Assembly (NCBI GenBank): GCA_049860595.1
Contig: CP187551.1
From: Methanocaldococcus sp. 16A
GTDB lineage: Archaea; AGJL01; Methanococci; Methanococcales; Methanocaldococcaceae
Direction: 5' to 3' (one strand)
Length of the DNA stretch: 64,000 nucleotides
Position 1 is the first letter of the stretch, and each line of letters begins with the position of its first letter. The notes under the pieces are model-generated. The model was not told where the DNA came from, ran no database searches, and saw only the letters and a list, made by a program, of their open reading frames with translations. Below are positions 20,759 to 33,423 of the stretch, in pieces. A program made the position numbers and the translations under genes.

Positions 20759-21550
20759 TTAAAGCTCCTCAACAAAAGAGTAAATTAAATTAACGTTATT
20801 TGAAAGTATCTCTTCAGCTTCATCTAATACATCATTTAATGTACTTATTGTTATAGCTGGCTGTGAAATTTCTGATAAAAATTTGTGGATATCATTTTCA
20901 TGGAATAAAATTCCTTCATAATATCTTAGATTTGGGATAGCATATAAAACTCCATCTAATGAGGTTATTTCTCTTGAAGCATCAACTATTGTATCAATTG
21001 TTAAAGTCATAGTTCCAGATGTTTTTGAAACTCTCGCCTTTCTGTATGTTTTTAAAACTCCAACTTTTGCCTTTTCAATGAATGGAGCTATTCTTTTGTA
21101 TGTGTTGTCTGCCTCATAAATATCAACATCAAAAACCCCCTTAGGGTCTTCAACAATAAAAACCTTTGGATTAAATTTAGCCAAAAATTCTGGCTCAACT
21201 CCTCCTAACCCTGTCAAATCAACAATTAAATCAGGATTTACTTCATTTTTCATAAGCTTTAATTTAAATTCATTTAAATTTAAGAATTTTATGCTGTTGT
21301 TGTTTGGAACAAACCCTTTCATAAATTCGTGTATATCAACTAAATAAACTTTATCAGCATATTTTGAGAGATTTTGAGCCACATAATTCCCCCACAAATA
21401 AACTCCAAATATCACAACCTCCTTAAACTCCTCCCCTTCCAAAAAATTTCTAATTGCATGATACTTTTTCTTAGCTATTTCATTTATTACATCAATAACC
21501 TTTGTTTTTGTGTCAATTGTTTTTACTGTCTCAGTTATCCCATACTTCAT
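20759..21550 (-). CDS. hcgC: FeGP cofactor biosynthesis SAM-dependent methyltransferase HcgC
   Basis: MKYGITETVKT, DLTGLGG, IVEDP and SKTSGTMTLT motifs; adjacent to hcgB. Confidence 0.85.
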   Translation of the reverse strand: MKYGITETVKTIDTKTKVIDVINEIAKKKYHAIRNFLEGEEFKEVVIFGVYLWGNYVAQNLSKYADKVYLVDIHEFMKGFVPNNNSIKFLNLNEFKLKLMKNEVNPDLIVDLTGLGGVEPEFLAKFNPKVFIVEDPKGVFDVDIYEADNTYKRIAPFIEKAKVGVLKTYRKARVSKTSGTMTLTIDTIVDASREITSLDGVLYAIPNLRYYEGILFHENDIHKFLSEISQPAITISTLNDVLDEAEEILSNNVNLIYSFVEEL

Positions 21551-21574
21551 AACTCCACCTCCAAAAAATGAAAA

Positions 21575-22048
21575 TTAAATAGAAATATTTATTCCTACTC
21601 TCCTTAAAGCTTCAATCATCTCTTTCTTTATTCTCCCTTCTATATCCTCTTTATGAATAACTGATGAAGGAGACAAAGATGCTGTTAAAATTCTCCCTTT
21701 CTCATCTAATATTATAAGCATTGAACCAGAACCTGGAACTCCCAATCTTCCCCTCGCAATATATAAATCAGCTTTTTCAACATCTAAAGCAATTAATCCT
21801 TTAGTTAGAGCTGGCATTCTTGTTAAATCAGCAAATCTTGTATCTATGTCAAGCTTTTTAATTTCAGCATTACAAACTCTTAACATAATATCTCTTATTA
21901 CTTTAAATTTCTTTTGATTGTTTGTAGCAACAACAATTTTTTTGGCATTGATTATCTTTTCCTGGATTTTTTTTAGCTCTTCTTCTTTATCCCCTCTTCT
22001 AATATTGTTAATTGATTCAATAAAAGCATTTTTAATAATTTTCTCCAT
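21575..22048 (-). CDS. hcgB: FeGP cofactor guanylyltransferase HcgB
   Basis: RRGDKEEE, ADLTRMPAL.KG and ARGRLGVPGSGS motifs. Confidence 0.88.
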   Translation of the reverse strand: MEKIIKNAFIESINNIRRGDKEEELKKIQEKIINAKKIVVATNNQKKFKVIRDIMLRVCNAEIKKLDIDTRFADLTRMPALTKGLIALDVEKADLYIARGRLGVPGSGSMLIILDEKGRILTASLSPSSVIHKEDIEGRIKKEMIEALRRVGINISI

Positions 22049-22065
22049 TACAATCACATCTTTAA

Positions 22066-23517
22066 TTATACTCTCTTCAACCAATCTAAATCATTCTTAT
22101 GTAAATCTCTAATGTCTGTTAATCCAAATCTAAGCATAGCCAATCTACTAAACCCAATCCCCCAAGCCAAAACTGGCTTTTTAATACCAATTGGTTCTAA
22201 AACTTCAGGTCTAAATATTCCCGCCCCTAAGATTTCCAACCATCCTTTTCCTTCTAAATATACTTCCGCCTCTAAGGATGGTTCAGTGAATGGAAAGTAT
22301 GCAGGTCTAAACCTAACTTTTTCAAAGCCCAATCTATTTAAAAATTCTTTTAAAACCCCAATTAAATTGTTGAAATTAACATTATCATCCATTATAATTC
22401 CTTCACACTGATAAAACTCTGGTAAATGTTTATAATCAATTGCTTCATTTCTAAATACTCTATCTATACAAAATACTTTGTGTGGTTTTTCTTTTTCATC
22501 TTCTGATAATGAAGCTAAATACCTTATTGATGATGCAGTTGTATGAGTTCTTAAAATTAATCTTCTTGAAATATTTTCATCAAATTTGTATTTCCAGCAT
22601 CTTTCATGCACTTCTTTAACCTTAGGTAATAAATCTTCTGGAATATTTCCAACTTTTGGATATTTTAAGAAGAAAGTGTCTTGCATTTCTCTCGCTGGAT
22701 GGTCTTGTGGTTCAAACAGCATATCAAAATTCCAAAACTCTGTTTCTACAATTGGGCTCTTAATTTCTTTAAACCCCATTGCTAAGAGAATCTCTTTAAC
22801 TTCTCTAATAATTCTTGTTAATGGATGTACTTTAGCTGGATATATTGGCTTTGTAGGAACTTTTACGTCATAAGGTCTTATATATGCCTTTTTCCACTTT
22901 CCACTTATTATAATATCTCTTGTTAATTGAGTAATCTCTTCTTCAATCTCTATTAGTTTTTTAATGAACTCTTTTCCTTTTTCAGTTAATCTTATCTTTA
23001 TTTCTTTCTCTTCGTCAAAATCCACATAGCCTCTCTTTTTCAAAATTTCTATAATTTTCTTTTCTTCTTCATTGAAGTTGTTGAGGTATTTATTTTCTTT
23101 GATTTTTTGTAATATCTCTTCTTCAACATCTTTATAATCTAAGTTATCAAAAATAATTTTCCCTTTTTCAATCTTTGCAATTCCTTTTCTTTTTATAGCT
23201 CCTAAAGCAGCATTAATTTCTTCTTTTGGTAAAATATCTTTCAATTTTTTAATTTCTACCTCATTTGTATTTTGTTGCTTTAAATATTTAGCAATCTTTC
23301 TCTCTGGAAAATCATCCTCTTTAATAAGTTTTACTATTTTTTTTACTTTTTCTTCTGTTTCAACCAAATCTTTACCTTTTAACCATAAAGAAACTCTCAA
23401 AATCTTCTCTTTTGGCATAAATTTTTCTAATTCATTCAAATCAAACTCTTCTCTTTTCTGATTTTGAAAAATCTTTAACAGCCTTTTCTCGTCTATATGA
23501 AGTTCCATAATCATCAC
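22066..23517 (-). CDS. pheS: Phenylalanyl-tRNA synthetase alpha subunit
   Basis: [28 protein letters not shown] and YFPFTEPS motifs. Confidence 0.96.
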   Translation of the reverse strand: MMIMELHIDEKRLLKIFQNQKREEFDLNELEKFMPKEKILRVSLWLKGKDLVETEEKVKKIVKLIKEDDFPERKIAKYLKQQNTNEVEIKKLKDILPKEEINAALGAIKRKGIAKIEKGKIIFDNLDYKDVEEEILQKIKENKYLNNFNEEEKKIIEILKKRGYVDFDEEKEIKIRLTEKGKEFIKKLIEIEEEITQLTRDIIISGKWKKAYIRPYDVKVPTKPIYPAKVHPLTRIIREVKEILLAMGFKEIKSPIVETEFWNFDMLFEPQDHPAREMQDTFFLKYPKVGNIPEDLLPKVKEVHERCWKYKFDENISRRLILRTHTTASSIRYLASLSEDEKEKPHKVFCIDRVFRNEAIDYKHLPEFYQCEGIIMDDNVNFNNLIGVLKEFLNRLGFEKVRFRPAYFPFTEPSLEAEVYLEGKGWLEILGAGIFRPEVLEPIGIKKPVLAWGIGFSRLAMLRFGLTDIRDLHKNDLDWLKRV

Positions 23518-23622
23518 CGCATAACCTCTAAATTATTTATGTTTGTATAATACCATTCCCTTAATAAATAGATAACTATGTTTATTAACTATGTTTAGTC
23601 CATGTTTATTTTTTCTACTTAT

Positions 23623-23704
23623 ATAGAACTTTTTGATTTAATTACTGACTTTTATTCATTAGCATTCTTATTCAATAAAAAATTCATTCCTGCGAAAGTT
23701 CTAT
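23623..23704. repeat. MJRE-like repeat, family 1 (degenerate, reverse orientation)
   Basis: ATAGAACTTT...ATTCCTGCGAAAGTTCTAT. Confidence 0.65.
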
Positions 23705-23826
23705 TAAATACTTAAATCTTAATAATTAATCAACCTTTCATGTTAATATTTGAGATTAATTTATATTAATGCAATGAAACAAATATTATTAGTGTAGCTG
23801 ATATATTATCCGGTTTGGGGGTTATT

Positions 23827-24783
23827 ATGTATAATGATGAAGATATTAGAATAATTGATGAAATTTATAAAGAAGGTTATTTATTTGCTCAATATGGAAT
23901 CTACATAAAGAAAAAATTTAAACAACGAATTTTTAAAATTCCAGTTGATATAGGACTAGGCTGTCCTCACAAAAAAAATAATGGATGTATTTTTTGCCCA
24001 GAAATGGGAAGGCCAATATCTGTTAAATACTGCAATGCAAAAATCCCATTAAAAGAGCAGATTGAAAAACAAATGGAAAATCAAAGAAAGAAGGGGTTTA
24101 AAAAATTCTGTATCTATTTCTATCCTGGAACTAATACTCATGCTCCAGTAGAAAAACTAAAAGAAATCTGGGATTTTTGCCTATCTTATGAAGATGTTAT
24201 TGGATTATCTATAGGCACAAGACCAGATTGCTTAGAAAAAGAAAAACTTGATATATTAGCTGAGTATGTTGAAAATGGCTATGACATTTGGATAGATTTA
24301 GGAATTCAAAGTATGCATCAAAAAACTCTTGAAATTTTAAATAGAGGGCATAATGTATCTGATATAATAAGAGCTATAAAGGAATGCCATAAAAGGGAAA
24401 TAAAAGTTTGTGGGCATATAATTTTAGCTCTACCTGGGGAAACTTGGATAGAGATGATGGAAACTGCAAAAATCATATCTCTATTAGAAATTGAAGCCGT
24501 TAAAATTTATCCATTAGTTGTTGTTAAAGGCACAAAATTAGAAGAATTATATTGGAAAGGAGAATATAGAACGTTAGATGAAAAACAATATATAACTTTA
24601 GTTTGTGATTTTTTAGAACACCTCTCTCCTTATGTGCTAATTCAGAGATTATCCAAAGATAAGGTTCCAAAAAATATTAAAATCTCTCCAGAATGGGATT
24701 TAAGTAGATTTAAGGTTATGAATAAAGTAAATGAAGTGTTGAGAAAAAGAGGAACTAAGCAGGGGGCTAAATATATCTTTTAG
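23827..24783 (+). CDS. Radical SAM protein, TIGR01212 (YhcC-like) family
   Basis: GCP...GCIFC, IGTRPDC, LGIQS and INRGH-like motifs. Confidence 0.85.
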   Translation: MYNDEDIRIIDEIYKEGYLFAQYGIYIKKKFKQRIFKIPVDIGLGCPHKKNNGCIFCPEMGRPISVKYCNAKIPLKEQIEKQMENQRKKGFKKFCIYFYPGTNTHAPVEKLKEIWDFCLSYEDVIGLSIGTRPDCLEKEKLDILAEYVENGYDIWIDLGIQSMHQKTLEILNRGHNVSDIIRAIKECHKREIKVCGHIILALPGETWIEMMETAKIISLLEIEAVKIYPLVVVKGTKLEELYWKGEYRTLDEKQYITLVCDFLEHLSPYVLIQRLSKDKVPKNIKISPEWDLSRFKVMNKVNEVLRKRGTKQGAKYIF

Positions 24784-24791
24784 ATTAAAAT

Positions 24792-25799
24792 CTATTCATC
24801 ATCAATTCCAAAAGGATTTTTGCTATAGTACTCAACTGTTTTTAATGCAGAGCTTACAACCATTTCCCTAATGTTTGGAATCTCTTCTTCCAATTTTTCT
24901 AAAATTTTATGACATCTTCTCCTAATGCTATCTCCTCTATCTCTACTGTATGGGCAGATATCTTTATCTTTATAATATTCTATTCCACACTCTTCAAGGG
25001 CTTTTATTATATCCCTCTCCAACACAGGAAGCATAGGTCTAATTATTGTACATTCCTCCAATGGTATTTTAAAGCTTTGATAATCAACTACATTGGATTT
25101 AAATCTTGTTAATGGCCTCATAAACTTTAATCTCTCCCCTTTAAAGATATTTGCTAAGATTGTATCTGAGTTGTCATCTAAATTATGCCCATAAGCTAAT
25201 TTAACCTTTTCATAAGGAATATTCTCTTTTTCAGCAATTTCCTTAGCCAATTTTCCTAATAAATGCCTTTTAATTACAGAGCAAGAGAAGCATGGTGAAA
25301 ACTCCATTCCTTTTGAATTTTTTGTTAATATTTCAGATAGCTCTACAACATCCAAATCATTTTTTAATAATAAATGAGGAACATTTAGCATCTCACAGTG
25401 GTGTTTTATTAACTTAACTCCTTCTGTATTCTCTTTCCATGGTCTAACTCCTCCAATATTCACATCCACAGTCACAGCTATTAATTTTATTCCATACTTC
25501 CTTCTATAGACTTCCAATAAATGTAATAATAATAAACTATCCTTTCCTCCACTCAATCCAACTATAACAATATCCCTTGGGGCTATAATTTTATGCTTAT
25601 TAATAAACCTCCCAACCTTTGTTGATACATATTCATAAGCTTTTGAATACACTACTGGAACTCCAAACTCTTCTTCAATTTTATCCATCTTTGTTCTTGA
25701 TAACCTTGCCATTCTCTTGTTATTAACTAAAATTTTATCCTTTCTTATTGTTAAAAAGAATGGATTTGCATATTTCTTTAACTCTCTTAAATTAATCAT
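24792..25799 (-). CDS. PP-loop ATPase, TtcA/TtuA tRNA thiolation family
   Basis: SGGKDS, SPCFSCS..KR, GHNLDD, IIRPM and CPY motifs. Confidence 0.8.
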   Translation of the reverse strand: MINLRELKKYANPFFLTIRKDKILVNNKRMARLSRTKMDKIEEEFGVPVVYSKAYEYVSTKVGRFINKHKIIAPRDIVIVGLSGGKDSLLLLHLLEVYRRKYGIKLIAVTVDVNIGGVRPWKENTEGVKLIKHHCEMLNVPHLLLKNDLDVVELSEILTKNSKGMEFSPCFSCSVIKRHLLGKLAKEIAEKENIPYEKVKLAYGHNLDDNSDTILANIFKGERLKFMRPLTRFKSNVVDYQSFKIPLEECTIIRPMLPVLERDIIKALEECGIEYYKDKDICPYSRDRGDSIRRRCHKILEKLEEEIPNIREMVVSSALKTVEYYSKNPFGIDDE

Positions 25800-27283
25800 T
25801 TCAATCCCTCTAATATTGACTTTAAATTAATATTTCTCTCTACAACTTCAGCAAAGTAATTTAAACTTTTTTCTATACTGTCTTTATATGCATCTCCATC
25901 AATTTCATCTAACCCTTTTCTTTTTCTAATCAAATTAATGATATAATTTCTAAACTCATAATTTTCAAATATTCCATGGAAGTATGTTCCTATAGCCAAT
26001 CCATCACCAAATTTCTTAATAGCTCCATCAAAACCGTTTCCACAATTTCCAAAGCCTCTTTCAATTTTTATGAGAGGTTTTTCTCTTGTAATAGTATAAC
26101 CTTCATGTATCTCATAGCCTTTAACATTAAATATCTTATTGTCCATATTTAAATAACCATAAGAGTTCTTAACCACTTTATCATTTCCAAAGTATGTTTT
26201 CGCATCAAAGATTTTTAAGCCCTCAATATCTCCAACATCTGATTCTTTCTTATCTTTATCAATCAACTCTTTTCCTAAAACTTGATATCCCCCACATATA
26301 CCAATAACAATTCCTCCATCATTCAAAAATTCTAAAACTTTTTCATCAAAGTTGTGTTGTTTTAAATAATAAGCTTCTTTAGTAGAGCTTCTTGTTCCTG
26401 GAAGCACCAAGATGTCTCCAGTTATATCATCATCAAAGTCAATAAACTTTATAAATGCATCATACCTTAGAGGGTCTAAGTCCGTAAAGTTAGATATCTT
26501 TGAGAATCTAACAACGTTAATCTCTACTCCACTTTTTGCATTTCCAAAACTTCTCATACTCTGCAAAACTTGACTATCTTCCTCTGGTAAAACAAGGTTT
26601 TCATCATAAGGTACTATACCTAAAACAGGAACACCAGTTAATTCTTCAATTTTCTCAATTCCTTCTTTTAAAACCTCTGCATTTCCTCTAAATTTATTTA
26701 TAACTATTCCTTTAATAAGCTTCCTCCAATTTTCAGGCAATAGTTTTATGGTTCCATATATTGAGGCAAAAACTCCCCCTCTATCAATATCCGCCACTAA
26801 GATAGCTTTGGCATCAACCATCTCTGCAATTCTTAAATTTGCAATATCATCCTTCAACAAATTTATCTCACAGCAACTCCCTGCTCCTTCCATAATAACA
26901 TAATCATATTCTTTATCCAAAATATCCAAACTCTCTTTAATTTTTTTTATAAAAAAACTCTTATTTTTTCTATATTCATTGTAATCCATATCCTTGTATG
27001 GCCTTCCATGGACTATAACTTGGGAGATAAAATTACCTTTTGGTTTTAATAAAATTGGGTTAAAATGGACTGACGGCTCTACTCTACAAGCTAAGCTTTG
27101 AGTATATTGAGCTATTGCAATCTCCCCATCCTCCTTTGCTACTCTTGAATTCAAACTCATATTTTGAGATTTAAAAGGAGCTACTTTATAGCCTTTATTT
27201 GCTAAAATTCTGCATAATCCAGCAGTTATTGTTGTTTTTCCACTGTTTGAAGAGGTTCCAACAACCATTATAAACTCTGCCAT
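25796..27283 (-). CDS. cobQ: Cobyric acid synthase
   Basis: [38 protein letters not shown] and GTYFHG motifs. Confidence 0.95.
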   Translation of the reverse strand: MAEFIMVVGTSSNSGKTTITAGLCRILANKGYKVAPFKSQNMSLNSRVAKEDGEIAIAQYTQSLACRVEPSVHFNPILLKPKGNFISQVIVHGRPYKDMDYNEYRKNKSFFIKKIKESLDILDKEYDYVIMEGAGSCCEINLLKDDIANLRIAEMVDAKAILVADIDRGGVFASIYGTIKLLPENWRKLIKGIVINKFRGNAEVLKEGIEKIEELTGVPVLGIVPYDENLVLPEEDSQVLQSMRSFGNAKSGVEINVVRFSKISNFTDLDPLRYDAFIKFIDFDDDITGDILVLPGTRSSTKEAYYLKQHNFDEKVLEFLNDGGIVIGICGGYQVLGKELIDKDKKESDVGDIEGLKIFDAKTYFGNDKVVKNSYGYLNMDNKIFNVKGYEIHEGYTITREKPLIKIERGFGNCGNGFDGAIKKFGDGLAIGTYFHGIFENYEFRNYIINLIRKRKGLDEIDGDAYKDSIEKSLNYFAEVVERNINLKSILEGLK

Positions 27284-27378
27284 TGTGTCACCAAAAGTTT
27301 AATATTCATTAAGATAACATTTTGACATTGAATTATAATTCTTTAAGTATCTTGTTAAATATCTTTTGCGTGATAGTC

Positions 27379-28350
27379 ATGTTTGATTTAGAAACAGAAA
27401 GAGTTATAAAAGAAATTGAAAATTTAAATAAAAAGAATCCAAAAGTAATTTTTCAAGCTCCAGAAGGTTTAAAATTATCTGTTGAGAAAGAAATTGAAAA
27501 AATTAAAAGATATTTTAAAGAGAAGGGAAAAGAAATTGAGATATATCTATGGGGAAATACGTGCTTTGGTGCATGTGATTTAATAGACAGTCATGTTAAA
27601 AACCTAAATATTGATTTAATTGTACATTACGGGCATGAAAAATTAAGCTATGCAAAGCCAGAGATTAAAACTCTCTTTATTCCTGCTTATCATTTATTTG
27701 ATAAAGATGAAAAAGAGAGGATTTTGAATGATATAAAAGAATTTATAGAAAAACATGAAAATGAAGGAAAAAAAGTATCAATAGCAACAACCATCCAATA
27801 TAAAAAACTTTTAAAGGATTTCAATCCAAGTATAATCTTAGGTTGTAGAGGAGAAGTTAAAGAAGGGGATGTTATATTATTTATAGGAACTGGGAGGTTT
27901 CATCCATTAATGCTTGCTTACAAATACCAAAAAGAGGTTTTTATATACAATCCTGTATCCAAATGCTTTGATAAGATATATGAAGAAGAGATTAACAAGT
28001 TTATTAAAAAGAGAATTTCTGCAATATCTAAATTAATTCTAAATAGGCCAAAAAAGGTAGGGGTTGTTTTATCAACAAAAAAAGGACAATTTAGAAAAAA
28101 GGTTTTTGATGAGATTATAAAATTATTAGAAAAAAACAATATCAACTATATCCCAATAATTGTTGATAACATCTCTCCAGATATTTTATTTTATGATGTT
28201 GATTGTTATATAGTAGTTGCATGCCCGAGGATTGTGTTAGATGACTATATTTTATACAAAAAACCAATTTATACTCCAGAAGAGTTCAAACTCTTCATAG
28301 AAAATAGCTTTGAATATAAGTTTGATGAAATTAAAGAAAGTGATTTTTAA
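27379..28350 (+). CDS. dph2: Diphthamide biosynthesis enzyme Dph2
   Basis: QAPEGL, CFGACD, HYGH, ILGC, GRFHP and ACPRI motifs. Confidence 0.92.
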   Translation: MFDLETERVIKEIENLNKKNPKVIFQAPEGLKLSVEKEIEKIKRYFKEKGKEIEIYLWGNTCFGACDLIDSHVKNLNIDLIVHYGHEKLSYAKPEIKTLFIPAYHLFDKDEKERILNDIKEFIEKHENEGKKVSIATTIQYKKLLKDFNPSIILGCRGEVKEGDVILFIGTGRFHPLMLAYKYQKEVFIYNPVSKCFDKIYEEEINKFIKKRISAISKLILNRPKKVGVVLSTKKGQFRKKVFDEIIKLLEKNNINYIPIIVDNISPDILFYDVDCYIVVACPRIVLDDYILYKKPIYTPEEFKLFIENSFEYKFDEIKESDF

Positions 28351-28356
28351 ATATTT

Positions 28357-28653
28357 TTAACAGAATGTCCTATTTGTTGCTGGTATGCAAAGAGTTTCAT
28401 TACAGTTTGGACATGTTATAGTAACTTTATCATTTTCATAGTATGCTTTAAATGGTTTTTTGCAATAAGGGCAGAAATATATTCTTCCTCCAGTTTCTTT
28501 ACACTCTCCAACTTCTCCAACTGTTGGATATCTCTCAAAAGTAATTTTACTTTCTTTATTTTGGTATTTAAAGAATTTTTCGACCATATTTAAGTAAATA
28601 TTAACTGCAGCTTCATTTACACAATCTTTTCCACAGTATGGACAATTATACAT
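28357..28653 (-). CDS. Small multi-CxxC zinc-ribbon hypothetical protein
   Basis: CPYC, CPYC and CPNC motifs; GAGGTGA SD. Confidence 0.7.
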   Translation of the reverse strand: MYNCPYCGKDCVNEAAVNIYLNMVEKFFKYQNKESKITFERYPTVGEVGECKETGGRIYFCPYCKKPFKAYYENDKVTITCPNCNETLCIPATNRTFC

Positions 28654-28791
28654 AAAATCACCTCAAAAACTTATTTATTGTTATTTAACCATATTATATA
28701 AGTTATCATTTTTGCTACATATATTATAAATATATTCCGTTTCATTTAATAATGTTTGTTCATGATTTTTCATTACAATGTTGGTGAAATC

Positions 28792-29385
28792 ATGTGGAAA
28801 AAGTTGGAAAGCTTAACCAGTAAAATTTACGAAAAGGCGAGAAAAAAAAAGGGAGAACATAGAATTGCCCTATTAATTGATGGCCCAAACATGCTTAGAA
28901 AAGAATTTAATATTGATTTAGATAAAATTAGAGAAGTTTTAAGTGAATTTGGTGATATTGTTATAGGTAGAGTATATTTAAATCAGTATGCATCAGATAA
29001 GTTGATAGAGGCTGTTATAAACCAAGGTTTTGAACCAAAAATATCTGCTGGAGATGTTGATGTTGAAATGGCTGTAGATGCTACTGAACTCGTTTTTAAT
29101 CCGAATATAGATACTATAGCTTATGTAACAAGAGATGCTGACTTTCTTCCAGCTATTAGAAAAGCAAAAGAAAGGGGGAAAAAAGTTATAGTTATTGGGG
29201 CTGAACCAGGTTTTTCTACAGCTTTACAGAATATTGCTGACTATGTTATCAAAATTGGAGAAGAATTTCAATTAGATAGAGAAAAATTAGAGAAAAAGAA
29301 AAAAAGCAAATTTTTAAAGGTTGAAGAAAAGCCAGAAAATAATGAAGTAGATAATAAAAAAGATAACGAAATAGGGGAAAAATAA
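28792..29385 (+). CDS. NYN domain protein (TIGR00288 family)
   Basis: [16 protein letters not shown] and TRDADF.P motifs. Confidence 0.85.
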   Translation: MWKKLESLTSKIYEKARKKKGEHRIALLIDGPNMLRKEFNIDLDKIREVLSEFGDIVIGRVYLNQYASDKLIEAVINQGFEPKISAGDVDVEMAVDATELVFNPNIDTIAYVTRDADFLPAIRKAKERGKKVIVIGAEPGFSTALQNIADYVIKIGEEFQLDREKLEKKKKSKFLKVEEKPENNEVDNKKDNEIGEK

Positions 29386-29414
29386 AACCATTAATTTAAA
29401 ATTAATTTAAATAA

Positions 29415-30011
29415 TTATTTTATTCCAAATATTTTTCTTAAGACTGTTGATGTTGCAAACGAACAGAGTATATACCAACCTAACCATCCTAAGGCAGTGT
29501 TAGAAACTATTTTAAAACCTCCTTTATAGAATATCGAACCAAGCCAATGCCAGAAATCAACAAACAAAATCTTTGACAATATTGTTGGTAAATATACAAC
29601 AACTCCATTCCAATCTGGATTTAGCTCTTGATAAATCCCACCAAATCCATAAACATGCTTCAAATAAATGAATATCAAAATTATTGGAATCCATGTGTAT
29701 ATCATTGGCTTAAAGCTCATTTTCATTAATTCAGCGTTAAGTTGCATAATTCTCTGTTGTTCTTCTTGTAGCTTTTCCAACATTTCAGGATTTTTGGACA
29801 TCTTTTTAAATTTTACTTGGAATTCTTGAATCTCTCTTTTTAGCTCTGCCACTCTTTCTTGGTCAACTAAAAGTTTTGTAGCTATATTGATAATTAGAGA
29901 TACGATTATTGCAATAATTAAAATTGCCAATGCTGGATGTAAAACTTTTATTATAGGCATGAAAATTGCATCCAACGTATTATAATATATATTTGTTATA
30001 GATTCAAACAT
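29415..30011 (-). CDS. DUF106 / EMC3-TMCO1 (Oxa1 superfamily) membrane insertase
   Basis: TM-coiled coil-TM layout, KPM..T.IP and [10 protein letters not shown]; conserved position after secY-adk. Confidence 0.85.
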   Translation of the reverse strand: MFESITNIYYNTLDAIFMPIIKVLHPALAILIIAIIVSLIINIATKLLVDQERVAELKREIQEFQVKFKKMSKNPEMLEKLQEEQQRIMQLNAELMKMSFKPMIYTWIPIILIFIYLKHVYGFGGIYQELNPDWNGVVVYLPTILSKILFVDFWHWLGSIFYKGGFKIVSNTALGWLGWYILCSFATSTVLRKIFGIK

Positions 30012-30108
30012 ACATCCACCCTAAAAATGATTATAATAGAATCATAAATTTGTCTGTGATATCTTATTTAAAAAGTTATAAAAAATTAAAATTAAAAATT
30101 TAAAGAAT

Positions 30109-30693
<585 letters not shown>

Positions 30694-30735
30694 TCACCTC
30701 ACTAAGAATTTTATTAGTTTAGAGTTTCAACGACT

Positions 30736-32058
30736 TCACTTATTTAACAATTTTGCTATTGATGGGTGTAACTCACTTACCTTATCTTTTAAAATTTGTT
30801 CATACATTCTATATACAATTGAGACTGTTAACAAAACTCCTGTACCTCCTCCTAAAGCCCCAATAAAATCAGCTATCGCTGCCAATAGCCCAACAAAGGC
30901 AGAACTCATAACTGTTAATGGTGGAATATATCTTCTTAATCTCTGCTCAATTGCCTTTTCACTCTTTCTAAATCCTTTAATTGCCATACCTAATGAGCCA
31001 ATTCTCTTAGCCATACTTTTTGGGTCTAATCCTGTAGTTTCAACCCAGAATATACCGAAGATTATACAAAAGATAATCATTGCTATCATATATACTATAG
31101 CATGTAGAGGGTCTGAGATTACACTTGTTAATCCATAAGGCGTTGAGAGATAATAGGCTATCCCATCTACTGCTCTTCCTCCTTCATAATGTCCAAGAAT
31201 TGGAATTCCAAGCTTATACAATGCCAAACCCCAAAGTTGTATATTTGCAAATAAAGCAGCAGCTAAGATAACAGGGATGTTTGAGACATATATAAACTTT
31301 ATTGGATATTTTCCAACAGCCCCTTTGATTCTTCCATGAGCCAATGGAATTTCAACTCTTAAACATTCAGCATAAACAACCATTAAGAAAACAATTATTG
31401 TCCCAAGTATTGGAGCTATGTATTCAATGTTAGGCATTCCTTGAATTAATGAATTTAGGAACTTCCATAAATATCCTTCTGGCCCAAATGCTCCAACAAA
31501 TATAGTTTGTGAAACACCAGCAGCAATAAACAGCCCAATACCTGAACCAATTCCATATTTTGAGACTATCTCATCTAAATATATTAAGATTATTGAACCT
31601 AAGGCAATCTGAATAATTATCAAAAATGCTAACATTGGAGTTAGTGCTCCAAACGCTCCAGCTCCAACGAACAAAACTGCCTCAACAAAACACATTATTA
31701 TAGATAGAAGCTTCTGACATCCTTGGAACAAAGCTCTGTTTTCTGGAATTGATAAATCCATTTGAATTATTCCAGCTCCAACCAACAACTGCATGATAAT
31801 TCCAGCTGTAACTATAGGCCCAATACCTAAGGTAATTAAAGTCCCCATTTTTGATGCTGTAATTGTTTGCCAAAACTCAAATATGGCCGGAATTTGAGCA
31901 CCTGCTGTATAAATATCTATGGTTCCCATAATGAAATATAGAACCAAAACTATTCCAGTCCATTTAAGCTTTTCTTTAAATGACATTTCTCTAATTGGCA
32001 GCTCAACCTCCGGAATCTTTTCCAATATTGGAACTAATTTTTTCATATATTCTTCCAA
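30736..32058 (-). CDS. secY: Preprotein translocase SecY
   Basis: LGIGPIVTAGII, GIGSGIGLFI, YVSNIPVIL and GTGVLL motifs. Confidence 0.97.
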   Translation of the reverse strand: MEEYMKKLVPILEKIPEVELPIREMSFKEKLKWTGIVLVLYFIMGTIDIYTAGAQIPAIFEFWQTITASKMGTLITLGIGPIVTAGIIMQLLVGAGIIQMDLSIPENRALFQGCQKLLSIIMCFVEAVLFVGAGAFGALTPMLAFLIIIQIALGSIILIYLDEIVSKYGIGSGIGLFIAAGVSQTIFVGAFGPEGYLWKFLNSLIQGMPNIEYIAPILGTIIVFLMVVYAECLRVEIPLAHGRIKGAVGKYPIKFIYVSNIPVILAAALFANIQLWGLALYKLGIPILGHYEGGRAVDGIAYYLSTPYGLTSVISDPLHAIVYMIAMIIFCIIFGIFWVETTGLDPKSMAKRIGSLGMAIKGFRKSEKAIEQRLRRYIPPLTVMSSAFVGLLAAIADFIGALGGGTGVLLTVSIVYRMYEQILKDKVSELHPSIAKLLNK

Positions 32059-32093
32059 GTTCTCACCTTCTTAGAGTATTCAAGGATGACATT

Positions 32094-32182
32094 TAGGTCT
32101 TTTGCAGGAATAAATTTTCTATGGAAAATTGATGCCTTAAAGTATCAATTATATTATTGCCATATAAATTGCGAAAGTCCTA
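32094..32182. repeat. MJRE-like repeat, family 1
   Basis: TAGGTCTTTTGCAGGAATAAAT...GATGCCTTAAAGTATC...TGCGAAAGTCCTA. Confidence 0.8.
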
Positions 32183-32450
32183 AAGTTTTAACTATTACCA
32201 ATAATTTATTAGTTGAAGTATAAATTTTTAGTGAAAATTAACCTCATAATGGACTAAAAATGAAACAAATAAAATAAAAAATAGAAAATATGCCGAGAAA
32301 AAAATAGCCGATATCGTAAATTCTTTTAAGTCATTCTTTAAATTTTTAATATATTTAATTTTCTGTGAAAAAAGAGATACTCCCCCCTCATCTAAAAATT
32401 TTTCATGTTCAGAATCAAAAATTAAAAATAAAAAGAAAACTACTAATAAC

Positions 32451-32882
32451 TTAGAGTTCAACAACCTCTCCACCTACTGCCTCAATCTTCTCTTTTGCTT
32501 TCTCTGAAACTTCAATTGCTTTAACAATCATTGGAATTGTAACTTTTCCTTTACCTAAAACTTTTTCATAACCTAACTCAATTACATCTACAACAAATTT
32601 ATCATCTTCTTTTTCAAATTTATCAGGGTTTTTCAACACAATTTCTTCGAGTTCTCCAACATTTATTGTTTCTAATCTTTTAATTAAGCTTGGGTGTCTC
32701 TTGAATCCATACTTTCCGAAGTAGTCAGGCATGTATTTTATAATCCATGTCCATTTGTGCTTATGCCCTCCTGCCATTCCTCTTCCTCCCCTATTTCCAG
32801 CCCCTCTTCTCTTCTTGTGGCTTCCTCCTCCACAGGTTCTTGAACCTCTAATTTTTTTAACTTTTTTCTTTTTTCTAATCAT
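32451..32882 (-). CDS. rpl15: 50S ribosomal protein uL15
   Basis: RGSRTCGGG..K..RGAG.RGGRG.AG motif. Confidence 0.95.
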   Translation of the reverse strand: MIRKKKKVKKIRGSRTCGGGSHKKRRGAGNRGGRGMAGGHKHKWTWIIKYMPDYFGKYGFKRHPSLIKRLETINVGELEEIVLKNPDKFEKEDDKFVVDVIELGYEKVLGKGKVTIPMIVKAIEVSEKAKEKIEAVGGEVVEL

Positions 32883-32893
32883 AAACTACCACC

Positions 32894-33367
32894 TTACATC
32901 ATTTTTTCTAATAATTCATTAATTTTCTCTCCTCTGTAACCTAAAGCTCCACCAACACTAAATGGTTTTTTAATTCCTCCTCTTTCAAATCCTTTTCTTG
33001 GTGGGTGTAATCTAAAGACAGGCTTTAATGGTGTTTCTTTTAATTTAATTTCTCCTTTTATAATCTTCTCTGCTAATTCTTCAACGTCCATTCCTGTTAA
33101 TTCCTTTATAATTTCTGGACTAACTCTTTTGTTTCCTGGTAATCTTCCTCTCTTTAAAATTAATTTAACTAATGTGTCCTTATTAATTTCTCCATAGGTT
33201 ACATAATCTTTAACTTTCTGCAACATTCCTTTAAAGGTATCTGTTTCTGGAACTATTACACAGTGATTTACTTTGTGCAATCTCAACATTTTTAGTGTAT
33301 CTGCTATATCTCTTCTTACACCAATTCTCCCTCTTATTCTAATAACAGCATAAGCCATATCTATCAC
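32894..33367 (-). CDS. rpl30: 50S ribosomal protein uL30
   Basis: [17 protein letters not shown] and LGYRG motifs. Confidence 0.95.
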   Translation of the reverse strand: MIDMAYAVIRIRGRIGVRRDIADTLKMLRLHKVNHCVIVPETDTFKGMLQKVKDYVTYGEINKDTLVKLILKRGRLPGNKRVSPEIIKELTGMDVEELAEKIIKGEIKLKETPLKPVFRLHPPRKGFERGGIKKPFSVGGALGYRGEKINELLEKMM

Positions 33368-33423
33368 CTTATTTAAAATAAAAGTTTTAAAATAGCTCTA
33401 ATTTTAAAATGAGAAAAGTTAAT

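Noticed and set aside
20759-22084. hcgB-hcgC placed behind pheS rather than in an hmd-hcg cluster
   Set aside because: A dispersed hcg arrangement is, to my recollection, already known for Methanocaldococcus; not novel.
32228-32473. 81-aa ORF between rpl15 and secY
   Set aside because: Overlaps rpl15, is Phe/Leu-rich from T-rich spacer DNA, and has no SD or recognisable motif.
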